Below, one piece after another: positions 10,836 through 24,300 of a stretch of DNA of 64,000 nucleotides. Under the pieces are notes generated by a model. It saw nothing but the letters and a program-made list of their open reading frames with translations. It was not told the DNA's origin and searched no databases. A program made the position numbers and the translations under genes. Positions within the stretch are counted from its first letter, which is position 1; every line of letters begins with the position of its first letter. Origin of the DNA: Sphagnum compactum (taxonomy: Eukaryota); the NCBI GenBank assembly GCA_965153455.1, contig OZ234494.1, positions 2,046,001 through 2,110,000 of the forward strand, written 5' to 3'.

Positions 10836-13800
10836 TTATGAAGGAAACCATCTAGAATTTTCTTTTTGGCTAAATGAACATACTGTCAATTCACAAACAT
10901 TATACTGCAAAAATCTTGTAGCAAAGAGCTGGTTGGGGTCTCTTACAGAGGAGGAAGATGGAGAAGTGGCGGCAGACTTTGAGATTTCAGCCACAACATA
11001 ACTTTCTATTTCGTCAGCTTGGTTTAATGTATTCTGCTTATGGAGCTGCTGCACAAACTTATTGTAGCACACAAAGTTTGGCTGGTTTGTTGATGATACA
11101 AGACGAGCCCACATGCGGTCTGCAATATTCACCTGTCGTTGTGTTGCTGTTACTCTCTGCCAGAAGGAACAAAAAGTCGTGTTAGACAGAAGGTGATGAG
11201 GAAAAGGAGCACGGGGAATGTATCTCCAAAAGGGAAAAACTGTGCTGTTCACTATGCTGTGTATCGCTAGTTCATTGATGGTCAAACAACTAAGTGCTAA
11301 TTAGTTGTGAAAATTCTGGAACACTGATTATGGAACTGGCAGGATCCTTCTGAATGCCCTTCCAGAAGGATTGAACACTGTGTGAGTAGCCATCAAAGAA
11401 TTTTGTAGAGAACTTACACTGATAGGAATGTAGCAATGACGATTATTGACAGGGCCAACTGTAAAACCACAGTACCCTGCCATTGCACCATGGATGGCAC
11501 TGTGGGCCAGTAGCGTGCAATAGACGTTGTCTGATGCATTACTTGGGATAGCTCGAACCATGTATGTTGGATCTGTACCACCATACCAAGAAACTCCTCA
11601 AACATTACTCTAATAGGTCATTGATTACTTGCCAAAGATAGCAAGCAAATTGCTGAACAGTAGCCTTTGAGCACTTCATTTTACCTATGTACTTCAAGTT
11701 GAGGGGCTCTTTGAATTCCTTGACAAAATGATCCTGCAGCAGAAACAAGCAAAAGTCAAGAGCTGATTGAACCTGATAGATTAAAGCAGAGGTTTGCAAC
11801 AGGGATAATATAGCCCAACAAGTTAGAACAACCAATTATTCCACAAAACAGTCCAATGATTGTTTAAGTTTCATTTGGCCCATAAGTCATGAATGTCAAA
11901 GCTCTCAATGCTCTCTCCTAGTGGGAATATCACAGGGCAGTTGAAAAATTGCATACTTTCAGCTTTTGGCAGAGCCAAAGGCCAACATCAAGGAGCAAGC
12001 GGTTTCCAGATGCATCACTGAGCTTGTCAAAGGAACCCACACTCTCTGCTATCAACTCCTGGCCCGCACCTTCTGCCACCACAATTACCATGTGTCCATT
12101 TTCACGCAACCTTTGCTTTGCAAACTCATTCAGACCACCAGGTCCATCTAAGTAAAAGGGCACTTCTGGTACCAGGCATAAATCCTACAAAACACAATAT
12201 AAGTCACCAGTAGTAAGGTCAACATCTATGGCAGATAATTTCTAAGCAAGAAGGAAAACCATTCAATTTTTCTTCTTACAAACCAGAGAAGAAAGCAGAG
12301 AATGTGCATACTGCACATAATCTGCAACAGTTACTCTTTGAAAGGGAAAAAGAGAAAAAACCAACCAGTATCCAAATTACAAAAGGCCAAGACAGACTCA
12401 CACAAAGAAAGAAAGACCAGACAATTGCATTATCCACTGCAAGACTAAGAAAGAAGGTTGTCGTTATAAAGCTTGAAGAGCTAATGGGACAACATTACAA
12501 CCCATGGTAACTCAATCAGAAGAATGGATATATAGAATGGTTAGAAGACTTGAAGTTCAGAGAGAAGGAACCAACCACATCACGACTACCAAGAGTGGCA
12601 TGCATTGCAATATATCCTGCACCAAAAACTTACACGAATTAGTCTTGATATCAGCAGTACCTCCTAAGCATTCGTTTTGCAAAATGGTAGATGTTTAAAC
12701 AAAGTGTCTTTTCATCAAGAAAATGAAATAGCCAGATAATGGGAAGCACGCACCACTGTGACGTCCCATAAGCTTGACCAAGCCGATACCATTCTGTATG
12801 CTCTCTGCTTCAACATGTGCTGCATTGATTGCACGTTGAGCCTCTTCAACTGCTGTGTCAAACCCAAAAGACTTGTCTATGATCTGTGAACCCCAGCCCA
12901 TGCAAAAAACCTGATTGAGGTCTTTGCGCCATTCAAAAAATAAAATTTTCAATACATAGACAAGATATGTTAGAGAAACGCTAGGCGATCCCTGACAACA
13001 GTCTACTGAGGTTTGCATGCATTTTGATGCTCCACATGGCAACCTTATAAGACCCACAATTTTGGCACATTTATCTTTCTCTCCACTTTATTCAAAGTGT
13101 TCTCAAATATTTTATGGAATGCACCTTATTCTTCCAACAAATGCAGGGGGAGGTTATGTGTTCAAATTCAGAGTTTTCAGCTGGGACAGTGTGATTTTTG
13201 GTTTGGTATGTGTTCCAAAGTAGTTTGGAGAAGACTCCACCAAACCATACATTCTGCAAGATCTATTCAAATGAACAGTTGCCTTATTTGCAGAATATGA
13301 CAGAATCTGCCAATAGTCAATGCCAATATCCCAAAACTTTGCCACATGGTCTTCAAAGCTTTTGGATATGCAAAATTTTCTATAACAACTGAACCTTACA
13401 ATGGAACTGCCAATCTGAAGGAAACAATATTGAAGTATTGAATCTCAGATGGACTAATAAGTGGATGGGCCACTTACTTCAATGTCATTATCAATTGTCT
13501 TTGGAATACCTGCAACCACCACCTTTAATCCCCGCCTCTTGCACTCCTGGAGTTTAAATGCACCAAAATCCCACCAACATTTGTGATGAGTTTCGGAGTC
13601 TTCCTATTCAGATCCTTCAGCTCGAAGAATTTCTGAATCAAGAAGTAGCCATGATACAGCTACACAAAATGTGATTCTGGTCATAATAGCTTGATGGTAA
13701 CATCTCCTTGAGGCCAGGAATGTCTTACTGAAGCATGTGTAAACAGACTGCCAAGAACTTGCTCATGAAGCTGGCATACAAAGTGCCCAAAACAAACTTG

Positions 13801-16800
13801 ATGCTGGGCAATTGAAAGCAAAAGCAAATCATGCACCACAAAGAGGGAAAGTGCGTGCCTCATGAATCAGATTTGCTCCTCTCTGAGTGCCATTACCCCC
13901 AATAATGTAGACCTTTATAATGACAGAACACAGCAATTATTGGTCAGTTTCCCTAAGGTGTTGGTCTGTAGGTATGCAATGTGAAAATAGCTGGATTGCA
14001 AGTAGGAAAGTGACTGTTGTATTGAGTTTTATGCCAAGAACTGGCTCACCTGATTGATACCACGGTCTTGAATGGAATCAACAATCTTAGTGGTGTCATG
14101 ACCGCCACGTGAGGTGCCAAGAATAGTGCCTCCTCGTTTGTGAATATCATTCACAAACTTGGGGGTCAAATCAGTAGTGTTCCGTGAATAGAAACCCCTG
14201 TAGCCTCCCTGCCAAGGATGCAACATCACTCAATCACTTTCTCCATATTTGGGTCTAGCCATGCCCCATCATGCCTACAGGAATTCCAAAAAGAAAACCA
14301 GAGTCTATTGTACTAACTGAAGTCTACTATAACTCCAGATCTGCCTTTGAAGACAAATACCTCACCACTGAGAGAACAAAAGTATAAATACAAAAGTCTA
14401 CAGTTCCAGGTCTGCTGTTGCAAAGATGTTTGGTCTCTCAAATCCTGTCATTCCCAAGTGAGTCCAAAGAACATGGCTCATCTACTTACTCTTATATCTG
14501 ATTCTGGAGGATTTGTAGTGGGGGAAGTTAATTACATGAATGCCGTAGATTTCTCGAATGCCATACTGAGTCCAGAGCCCACAAACTATCTCACGAATGA
14601 CAGTGTTGAGACCAGGACACAACCCTCCACATGTTACAATGCATGCCTTCACTTCCTCTGGCCTGAAGTATATCTGCAAGTATTTAAAGTAGGACAGTCA
14701 AAAAAAGCTTAACCTACAACAAAACACCTCTAGCAACATGTCCCATGGATATGAAACATAAGCACACTATTCCACACATCCAGAACTTAAGGTCTACCGT
14801 CAAACTCTGAATTCACCACAGGCAAGCTAAAGGCTATAAACATCTAAGCTTCCAGCTAAAATGACTTGCACTAACTGTTGGCTTACCATCAAGTCAACAT
14901 CACAGCAGCTGCCACTCTCAGCAAATGACAGACAGGAAAGTGATGCTGGCAAGCTAAGATGAGCAAATCAAAGAGAGACAGCTTTTAGTACTTGCTGGAA
15001 TTGGTCTTGTGGCATTAGGATCCATGCCTGATTAGGAAAAAGCAAGAGGAGATTTGGAAAGAGCAGTCAGGACGGAGAAGAGTAACTATTGCTGTTGAGC
15101 GTGAAGCTTACAGTTAGCAAAAGAGTTACAACTATTCTCTTTTGTCCAGAAAGCGCTAAATTGAGACCCTGCTTTTCCTCTCCACACACAGGAGTATAGT
15201 GTGGCAACCTGCCCTAAGAGAGGGAGAAAGGGAGAACCTTGTCTCTGGGTCCAGCTCGTCGGAAGTGAATACCATCTCCAGCTGTGCTTAAGTTCACAAC
15301 CGCCTGGTGTACACAAGACCATACCCACAATGTTCTGAAAACCAAAAATGTGAACAGTCTCACAAAACTCAATATAGTACTGCTTCTACTGTTTCCTCCA
15401 TAGTATTGACACAGATTACAAGAGAACAAGGACAAATGGCTACAAGATCGAGCCAGATACAACCTCTGTAAAGCTATTCAGCCCTGGGGATCCTCCACAG
15501 TGAACATCATGTCATGACAAACAAAGCAGCCAGCTCTATAAATCCTACAGAAATGCTCTATGTACATCATGTGCTTATCGGAACAGGAAAAGGTTGGCTT
15601 ACATCTTTCGCAACCACATCTGTGTTTTCCACAAAATACTGCCTGCATTACAAGTCAGCCCATCCCAGAAGCCTGTTAAAAGTGTGGAACAAAGAGGTCT
15701 ACCACTTGGTTTGTGGCATCATACTGTGAAGACAAAAACATCTGGAAGAAGATGATAACTCTCAAGAAAATAGAAAAAGGAAGCACTTGCTAAGCTGACC
15801 ATGTCCTTGCTATATGAACTTTCTACTATTCTGGAGTTGCATGTTCAACTTCTCATACATAGCACTCGTAGCTAGGCAATTGGAAAAGAAAGGAGCGGTG
15901 AGATTTTCATGCTTGCCTCACAGCTGAGTAGGCAGGGTTGTGGCTCAAAGGATTTGCATATGTCTGCACGTTGTACACAGAGCAGTTCATCACACCAGAT
16001 CAAAGGGCTGTACAAAAGCAAGGAGTTCGAAGAGGGAAAGCTCTGACAGCATATCACTCCAGTCTTCTTGAAAATTCGAAGCAAAGCAATGCAATAGTCT
16101 GGAGATAGAGACTGAATTTGAGATTCAAGGACCGTCGGAGCTTCTATGTAGGCAAACCCCAAAATAGCCGAGGAAATTGCTCGACAAATATCCTTTCGAG
16201 AACGCATCAGATTGTTCCGAGATAGAACTGCGACCATATTCTGCTGGCTAACCTCCTGATCGGCGATCAGATTGAAAGAAAAACTGAAGCAGGAATGATA
16301 TGGCATTCAGTTGATCCATTTGCTCTTTTCTTCCTACCTTGCTGGACAAAACAACGATCGGAACATATACTATCATGGACATCAACGCCTCCAACGTCTC
16401 AACGCAAATCACAACTGCAATCTTCTCTCCAAAGATGCCACGAATTGTACGGGCGGTCTTGTGCGAGGGAGAGAATTCGAGCCTTGAGCGACCGGCAATC
16501 AGATTGAAAGAGAAAAACTGAAGCAGGAATGATATAGAATTCAGTTGACCCATTTTCTCTTTCCTTCGTAGCTTGCTAGACGAAACGACGATCGGAACAC
16601 TTACTACCATGGACATCAACGCCTCCAATGTCTCAACGCAAATCACAAAACTGCAAATTTCTCTCCAAAGATGCCATGAATTTTACGGGCGGTCTTGTGC
16701 GAGGTAGAGAATTCGAGCCTTGAGAGAGTGCGCAGGTTCTCATGACTCTTCATCGAGATTGTGTCTGAAAACCGACCGATAGACAAGGAGAGCGCGAAAT

Positions 16801-17249
16801 AGGATTGCAGAATTGCACAGGGGAGATAGGAAGAAAAGACGTGAGAAAGGGAAGAAGCGAACCGGGAGATCTGGCAGCCAATCGGTGAGGTGAGGCACAT
16901 CTTCCAAAACCGCACCACCGGAGCCTATTAGAATTTTGCTCGTTTCTGCGGCCTTCACAGACATGATTATCACCGCCTTCCTCGATTGTTGTTTGGACAA
17001 GGCCAATCCGGGAGGAGCTGCTTCAACACACAAACGCTCATTCTTCAAGAAATCGCCACCACGAATCCATGAGCTACTTCGCAGTCTTCTATTATTATTC
17101 TCCTTCGCAATTTCCCCTCTACCTACGAGTCTCCAACCGGTTTTTGGTGACGAAGACGACGACAAAATTCCGCCGCTTCTATAATCTCGTTCTCTCCACA
17201 ATCCCGCACTAGCACCCTCTGGCAAAACGCGGCAGCTGAGACAAGCCAT
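10836..17249 (-). CDS. PFK: ATP-dependent 6-phosphofructokinase (plant PFK1/3/4/6/7-like) with a probable plastid transit peptide
   Basis: Fourteen exons: 17249-16863, 15963-15917, 15642-15603, 15303-15238, 14673-14536, 14208-14050, 13912-13859, 13546-13478, 12883-12754, 12616-12576, 12184-11957, 11733-11685, 11572-11418, 11156-10836. Phases agree. Motifs: [101 protein letters not shown]. The 3' end may splice on to an exon at 10487-10407. Confidence 0.95.
16258..16724. repeat. ~235-bp tandem duplication in PFK intron 1
   Basis: Two similar copies at about 16258-16487 and 16488-16724 (cagattgaaag..aaaactgaagcaggaatgatat ... cgggcggtcttgtgcgagg.agagaattcgagccttgag). Confidence 0.9.
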
Positions 17250-20199
17250 GACCTCTGGAGCTTGCCTATTGCAAACAAGGCGTTATATCACACCGATCCA
17301 GACGTTGTCGAGCTCCCTGCATACGGCAGAATGCGTGACAGTTGCAATTGCAAAGTTCTGCTCTCGATGCAGCCCAGAACGCTCCGTTATTGCAACCGAA
17401 AACGCTCTTGCAGCACTGGATCCACGAGCAATTCCTTTTTTGCTCGCGGGGGGTGACGCGCCAGCTGCTTTCCGGTCTCTGTCTCGGTCTCTGTCTCGGT
17501 CTCTGTCTCTCTCTTCGCGCTCCGCAAATTTCTTTCAAGGAAGGCGGAAAGATGGCGGTTTCACAAGTGTCTGCTACGTTACGTATTCGTCAATGGCGGG
17601 CTGCTTTAGGGCTTTGGACATTTAGGCTTTTGCAGTACTCGATTTCTTTTTCTTTTCTGGGGGTCACGGCCCTTTTATGGGATGAGTGACGGCTCTTGAA
17701 CCAGCATTTTTTATGTTATTTTGTGACGAATTTTTAAAATCATTGGGCGATTTTTTTTCAAAAAATATTCTGTCACATATTCCCTTTTTTAAATCGCCAA
17801 AAGTCGAAAATTTTCTTACAAATCGCCATGTTTCTATAGATTCTTCAAGCACGTAGCCAGGATATAAAAGGATTCTAATAAATTTCTACTTTCATAGCTG
17901 GTCTACAGCTAAACGTGGCTAAATCTCCTTGTGGATTGCCAAATGTGACAATATGCGACAATAATATTCCGTTGAGGGTCTACACGAATCGAATGTGTAT
18001 ATCAGAGTGATGTCTCCAACCTGGATTCACATTAATGAAAAATTACATCTTAAGATGTTTTTTCCATATTTGTGTCGTATTTTATTTTTTCAGTTTGAGT
18101 TTGAGTTAGGATGTTCTCCATCTTTGACATCTGACTTGTAACAATTCAACTCAGACTTAAGTCCTCCGAAGCTGCAAATTATTTTAAGGGCACACAATTG
18201 GGTTTGTTTATAATAAAGTTTGATTATATCATAATGAATTAGGTTTTCAGTGAAGTGTCAAGGCCCCAAGAGTGACGGCATACGTGAAATAAAGGCCCTG
18301 ATGACGCAAAGAAGCTGAGGGACATCCATCCATGCCCTCATCCATGAGTCTTACCTGACGTAATTAAATTTTCATGCCCTCGGCCATGAGTCTTACCTGA
18401 CGTACAATGCGATCGTGTGTTAAATTTGAATGTCGAGACAGATTATGTCATAATAACAATATAAAATGAAATGTGTGCCTTGGAAAAGGAAATATGCCTT
18501 TAGGATATCTTACTTTTCAGCATTATTATATTAGACATAATAGAGTTATTCTGAGGGAATTTCATAGATGTTTAGATGCCCTTCAAATACATTAGGAAGT
18601 TTCTTAATTGCTTTATGTCCACTCCAGAGCCTCTAGTCAGGTGACAAGTGGCAAACACCCATTAATAGTAGTCAAGGTTCAACCTACCCTTTAGTTATTT
18701 CTACTTACAAAGTTGTTTTGATAGAGGTTGATACTAACCAACAACCAGCAATTCCCTTTGGGAGAACCTACCACAATATGAAAATAAGACCCCAAAAATT
18801 GGTTATATTCCTTGGCCATGGGCTCTACTGAAATAATGTTGTAGGGGAGGTTCCCATACAAGTGGATTCTCCTGAGGGAGGGTCGCATTCAGGCAGTAGC
18901 CTGAGTTTGTTCCCAACCGATGGAGAACACACGAGTATAGGAACCTCCATGTACCTTTAAGTGTCTTCATTTTCTTTCATCTGTTCTTTCTTTCTTATTT
19001 TTCTGAATTTTCCTGATCTGTCCCTTTCCTCCTTGTGTTTTTTAATTTTCCTGATCCGTCCCATCAAAAAACCTTTCCATAGGAATATGGGAACATAGAA
19101 ATATAGCAGGATCTCCCTCATTTCCTAGGGATCTTCTGCTGGGGGAGATCCCTTAAAATACAAAGAGAAATAGAAAGAGAGGTTTTTACGGCCCTCACAC
19201 AAGGCAAAGCTGAGTATGGGCCTGATTTTGCCTGATTTTGGTGCAGAGCGGGAAGCACCTAGTGGTTTTTTTTTTTTAATTTTTTTTCCCATGATGCCTT
19301 GGTAGAATACATCATGTCATGCATGTTCTCAAATAGGCATTTTGCAGGTTGTGTGATGAAAAGGAGGGGCGGATGAAGCCCTACACAAATGAAACAATGC
19401 TATCAAGACTCAAAAGTTGAACAAGACAAAACTTTCGACAATTGCTTGTGATGTGAAGCGTTTGTGATGTGAAGCGTGGAGTTATCTTTCTGTGGCATTG
19501 TGTTCATGACTTTTGTTTCTTGCTTGTTATGAAAAAGAAAAGGCAATTATTCACTATTGACAGCACTTGTTGAATGGTGAGGTGTTCTCCTTGGGTGCAT
19601 CTTTTGTGGTGTGGTTGCTTTCCCGCTTGAGCTTTGATGGTGGCATGTTGAGTAATGGAGTTGGATGAAGATAAAGAGCGTGACTAATTCAAGGGTGACT
19701 AATTCAAGGGTGGAGGAGCTAAGTGCATTTGTGTTGCATTCGGATCAGGGAAATGATTTTTTGTTTTTTGGTTGGGTTGTTCTAAAGGGAATTGATAGAT
19801 TGCTTTCAGTAGGAGAAATAGTATTCCGATACGTTATGTCTCTCCTTAAGAAGGATGCATTGTAATAAATATGGGTTGATGATAGGAAAAAGGATGAAAG
19901 CTATAGGGATCTCGGGCACAGTTGTGAAATGTACCATCGTTGTGTGAGTCTGTCTGTTTTTGTTTGGTTTATCAATTCCTTAAATCACGAAAAGAAAAAA
20001 AAAACCTAGTTTTCTAAGCACTCTGAGGGAGTATGGGACCATTACAACAAGTTATACACTAATGTGATTACTGTGAGGTGTCGTCAATTTTCCTTGTCCA
20101 AGCTTTCAAAGTTGCTTGTGGGGTTTAAGCATCCCTTCATTGTGCAATGTTGTTGTTCTAAGTCGATTAAGATGTTGAATGACTAAAAGAAGTAGCCAA

Positions 20200-21060
20200 C
20201 GGGTTTTTGTCAAATTGTGTAGTGGGTATTGTGTGTATATGTTGCTTGTGTGGTTGTTAGTGGGCTTTGTGACTAAAAGACATTTGATCATAACATGATG
20301 ATGCTCAAGAAAGTGAGGTCAGATGAAACATGAAATCCTACATCTCTCACAATAGCCAAGAAAATATCTCAAACAACATCATGCAAGGTTGTCCTTTCCT
20401 TACCATGCGCACAACAAAGAAGGTGGATCCCCATAGGATTCAAAGGTTGGTTATAAACGCAATGTGACAGCCCAAGGACTAAAGGATGGAAAAGACCCAA
20501 CCTAGTGTGCAATGCAATGAAGAAAACATCTAAAGACAGGTGGAAGAAAAGAATGATTGGGTGGGTTAATAACGAAGTGCTTACACTCGGCCTCGCACAC
20601 GATTTTCAAGTGTGTTCGATGTGAATTAGAAGGTAAATAAAAAAGGATGATAAAAAAGGTATGGTCATGCAATCTCTTTGAAATATTTTTATGAAAATGA
20701 TTTATGCCTTTTTCGACCAACTAATCAAAAGGGGGGACACATGCTATAGCCCTTAAGGGAAAAAACTTTCATGTTAATCTGAAATGTGCTTGGAAAGGAA
20801 GGGGCCCTGAGCTATTCACCCCTATCGCCTCCAACAAAAATGGATGAGAATCTAACAAAAATTTGGAAGCTATGACAAGGGCTACTAAGGCCCAACTTCT
20901 TAGATAGGCAATTGGGACAATAACCTCCAAAGAAATCAACCTTACGCTTTCATTAAATATGGGGAGAGCCACCTACTAACAAATTAGAAGGGCCTTGAAA
21001 CACTTTAGTGAGCCCGAACCCGAAAGTCTTTTAAAAATTCTAGTCAAGATGGAGTAAAAA
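20200..21060 (-). mobile_element. Degraded non-LTR retrotransposon fragment (RLE/CRE-like C-terminal region)
   Basis: ALPIFNESVRLISLEVIVPIAYLRSWALVA resembles the post-RT xLP...GG.GL....A..AYLxSW segment. It is followed by LGLSHCVYNQPLNPMGIHLLCCAHGKERTTLHDVV*DIF, like a CCHC knuckle plus the RHD motif. Stops and frameshifts are present. Confidence 0.6.
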
Positions 21061-23460
21061 ATGGCAATATTTATGATGTTTATAAATGCCCAAAATAAAT
21101 TGGGGTCTTTATTAATGTCGGGTTACTCTTGTCTTTTACAAAAACCTTTTGTTCTTAATAAATTAAAATGGTTTTAGTTATCAACAAAATAAAATTTAAT
21201 TTCAATTTTTGGGTCCAGTTTTTAAAAACAAACCACAAATTCAATTGCAATTTTGGTTTCAATTTGAAAATCAAACTTGGTTCAAATCTAATTTTAGGTA
21301 ACTCAAATTAAAACAAGTGGTTACCTTCCAATTAAACTTCGATTAACCTTCAATTCTAAATTTTTTTCTAGAATTCTTAATCCCGGTTTCACAATTAAAT
21401 GGAATTATAACAACAAAATAATTATTATGAATTGTAATTGTAAATAATAGTATTATGACTTGAGGCAATAATATGGATAAACATGGGAAATCAAATAATG
21501 AGCCTTATGAACCCTACAATGAAAATCTTTTGACTAGGGGCATAAGGTTTGATTTATGAATAATTTAGATAAATATTTTGGGTTAGTAATAATTGGAGAT
21601 CAAATATGTAGACTTGACCAAATTTTAGACTCCAAATAATGTAAGATCTTTCCATAAAAGGATGAAAAACTATAAGTGGCATGTGATAATTGGTTGACAT
21701 AAACAAATGATAAATGGGCAATAAATGTAAATGAATTTGATTAACCATTCATCCACTTCATTCCTTCAAATATATATAATGGATAGTGATTGAAGCTTTA
21801 AAATCATAATATGCAACCAATAATTTGATGTTGTTAATTATTATTAAGACTCGTAAAAATATCATATGTGAAAAATAAAATTTGAAAAAATAAATACAAT
21901 GTGAAGATTATTGTCGATACCATTGTGGAAACCTTATGGTTTTTGGTAAGTGATCTTCATAAAGACAAATATTTAAGCGTGTGATGAACTCTTTTAAAAA
22001 TATAGTTCACACATATATATTCAACTTTAAACGTGTGGGTGATCCTATCCTTAAAGAATGTAAAGTTTCATATTTGAGGACTATGTGAGTTGAGAATATC
22101 GTAAGTGTTATGTTGTAATATGGTTGAATAATCTACCTATGTGCTAGAAGATAGTTAGTAAAAAATTAATCTTTATAGTTTTAGATCCCCTTAAGTTAAA
22201 AAACCAAGATTCTAATTTTGACTATGAATCTTCAACAAAAAAAAATTGATTCCAATTTGAGAACCACCAAACCAGTTCCAAAAATCAAACCCAATTTTGA
22301 TTTTGTTTTTTTAACTAAAATCATTAACGACAGTTCCTACCTTCCAAACTAGGTACTTGTTCAACACTAGTTTTACCAATTAAGCAAGTATGTCCATTTT
22401 AACATACCATTTGGGTATTGATATTTAAAATTTTCAATTTAAACATAGGGTAAGAACATGAGTACCAAAATATTTTTCAAATAGACATATCAAGTAGGTC
22501 TATATAATAAATAACCTACCTGTTTTGAAAGTATTCTAAATATGAAGATGAGCAAAGAACAACCTCGTTCCAACTAATATGAAACATGCATATAAATATT
22601 GAATATTCACACCAATATTTTATCTAAAGTGATAATGTTTTTAACAAAGAGTCGCTACGAAATGGTGCTTGTCTCTAACTTACAATCTGGAGGAGTAGTT
22701 CCATTGGAGAGTACATGACTATGCACAACTCTCACCACTTGTGACCAACACAAAGCTTTATTTTTTTTAGAGCTTTAACAAACTTGACATATACATACCC
22801 AGAAGCACAAAAACATTTGAGACAAATATATGAATTGGACCCTCAAAGGGTGAACTCTATGGGTATGAATAAGTGCAAAGGTAGCATCAATGGAGATAAA
22901 TAAAGAACCAGAATATATCCCCATTTTTTTATAAAATGATGTTCGTCAGTTCTTGTTCTACATACCCAAGTACATACCCACCGAAACACTATATACTAGA
23001 CCAACACTAGTTTTTATCATGGTACGCAATGTTTTTTACTGGCGAAATTTTGCCAAAATTTCACCTGAAAATTATGATTTTGACGTATTTGAAGGTCTTT
23101 TCATGGAAAAAAAGTCCCAAATTCGTCAAATTTTGAAGGAAAATTTTCAAAATCGCCAATTTTTTTATGATAAGTTCCGGTAGGTAGCCAAATATAGAAG
23201 GATTCTGTTTTTTTTCTACTTTCATACCTAGTATGTAGCCAAATGTGGTTAAATGATTTTCTGGATGATTGCCACTTTGGCTACATTGCAAAATCCTTAA
23301 CCCTGATGGTACCAGTGTGGGTGCTGGTTCTCCCAAGGCCCCACTGGTATCATGACACATGAACATTTGAACTACCCAGTGAGCTTACTTCAGTCTATCT
23401 TTGGCAGTCTTTTTGTTTTGGCGAATTTTCAGCAATAGGAGACTTTTTTTTCAAAATAGG

Positions 23461-23612
23461 TATGCAAAAAATGATCGTTGTTGGAGGTTTTAAAAATATT
23501 TCAACAACATCATTTTAAAACCTAAACCTCATTTTCAAATTTAAAATATTTAATATATTTTAAAAATCGCTCAACATTTTTAAGCCTCCAACAACGATCA
23601 TTTTTTTGCATA
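23461..23612. repeat. Inverted repeat with ~37-bp arms (MITE-like)
   Basis: tatgcaaaaaatgatcgttgttggaggttttaaaaat at 23461 is the near reverse complement of atttttaagcctccaacaacgatcatttttttgcata ending at 23612. Confidence 0.85.
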
Positions 23613-24300
23613 TGACCGATTTTTAAAATATTTCAAACACCGGTCAGAGTCCAAGAATATTCCCCAAATTATGGCCAGTCAGTGGATTTTAACCCCGTCC
23701 TCTCTCCTCTCCTCTCCTCTCCTCTCCCCTATCTCAGAACTCGGAAGGTTTTCTAACCCTTAATTCAAATTTGATCAAACTTTCTCATGTGAAACAGGAG
23801 TTACAACCACATAACCATCCAATAGTCACATAACATGTTTGACTTCAGGGTGTGTAAAGGCTGCATGCAAAGAAAAAGAGAGAGAGGCATCCAATGAGGT
23901 TGGTGAGAAAAAAATTGCTCCATTTGGACTTGGCATGAGGAAGAAACAATTGGTCAAAGATGCACATCCAATGGCATAAATTTTGGCACAATTTTGTTTT
24001 TCAAAAAAATTGCACCACATAGATAATATAATGTTACAAAATTTTGCACCAAAATTTCTTGGTTGAAATCAGAAGCAATTAGAAAACTTAAATGCAAGTC
24101 ATGGACAACCACATCATTTGCACAATTACAATTTTGGAGAAGCAAAAGAGCGATTGGTTTGCTGGTGCGAAAAACCCAACTTCTTTTGAAGAAAGACCGC
24201 AGAGGGTCTACAGTAGTCAAAAAGAAAAAAAAAGTTCAAAGTCTAAGAAAAGAAACCAGCAGCATCCGTAGTAAAGAGGGAACACTGTTTAAAATTCCCC

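Noticed and set aside
15872..16918. ORFs of 90-144 aa inside PFK intron 1
   Set aside because: They overlap the tandem duplication and a real exon out of frame, and show no protein signature.
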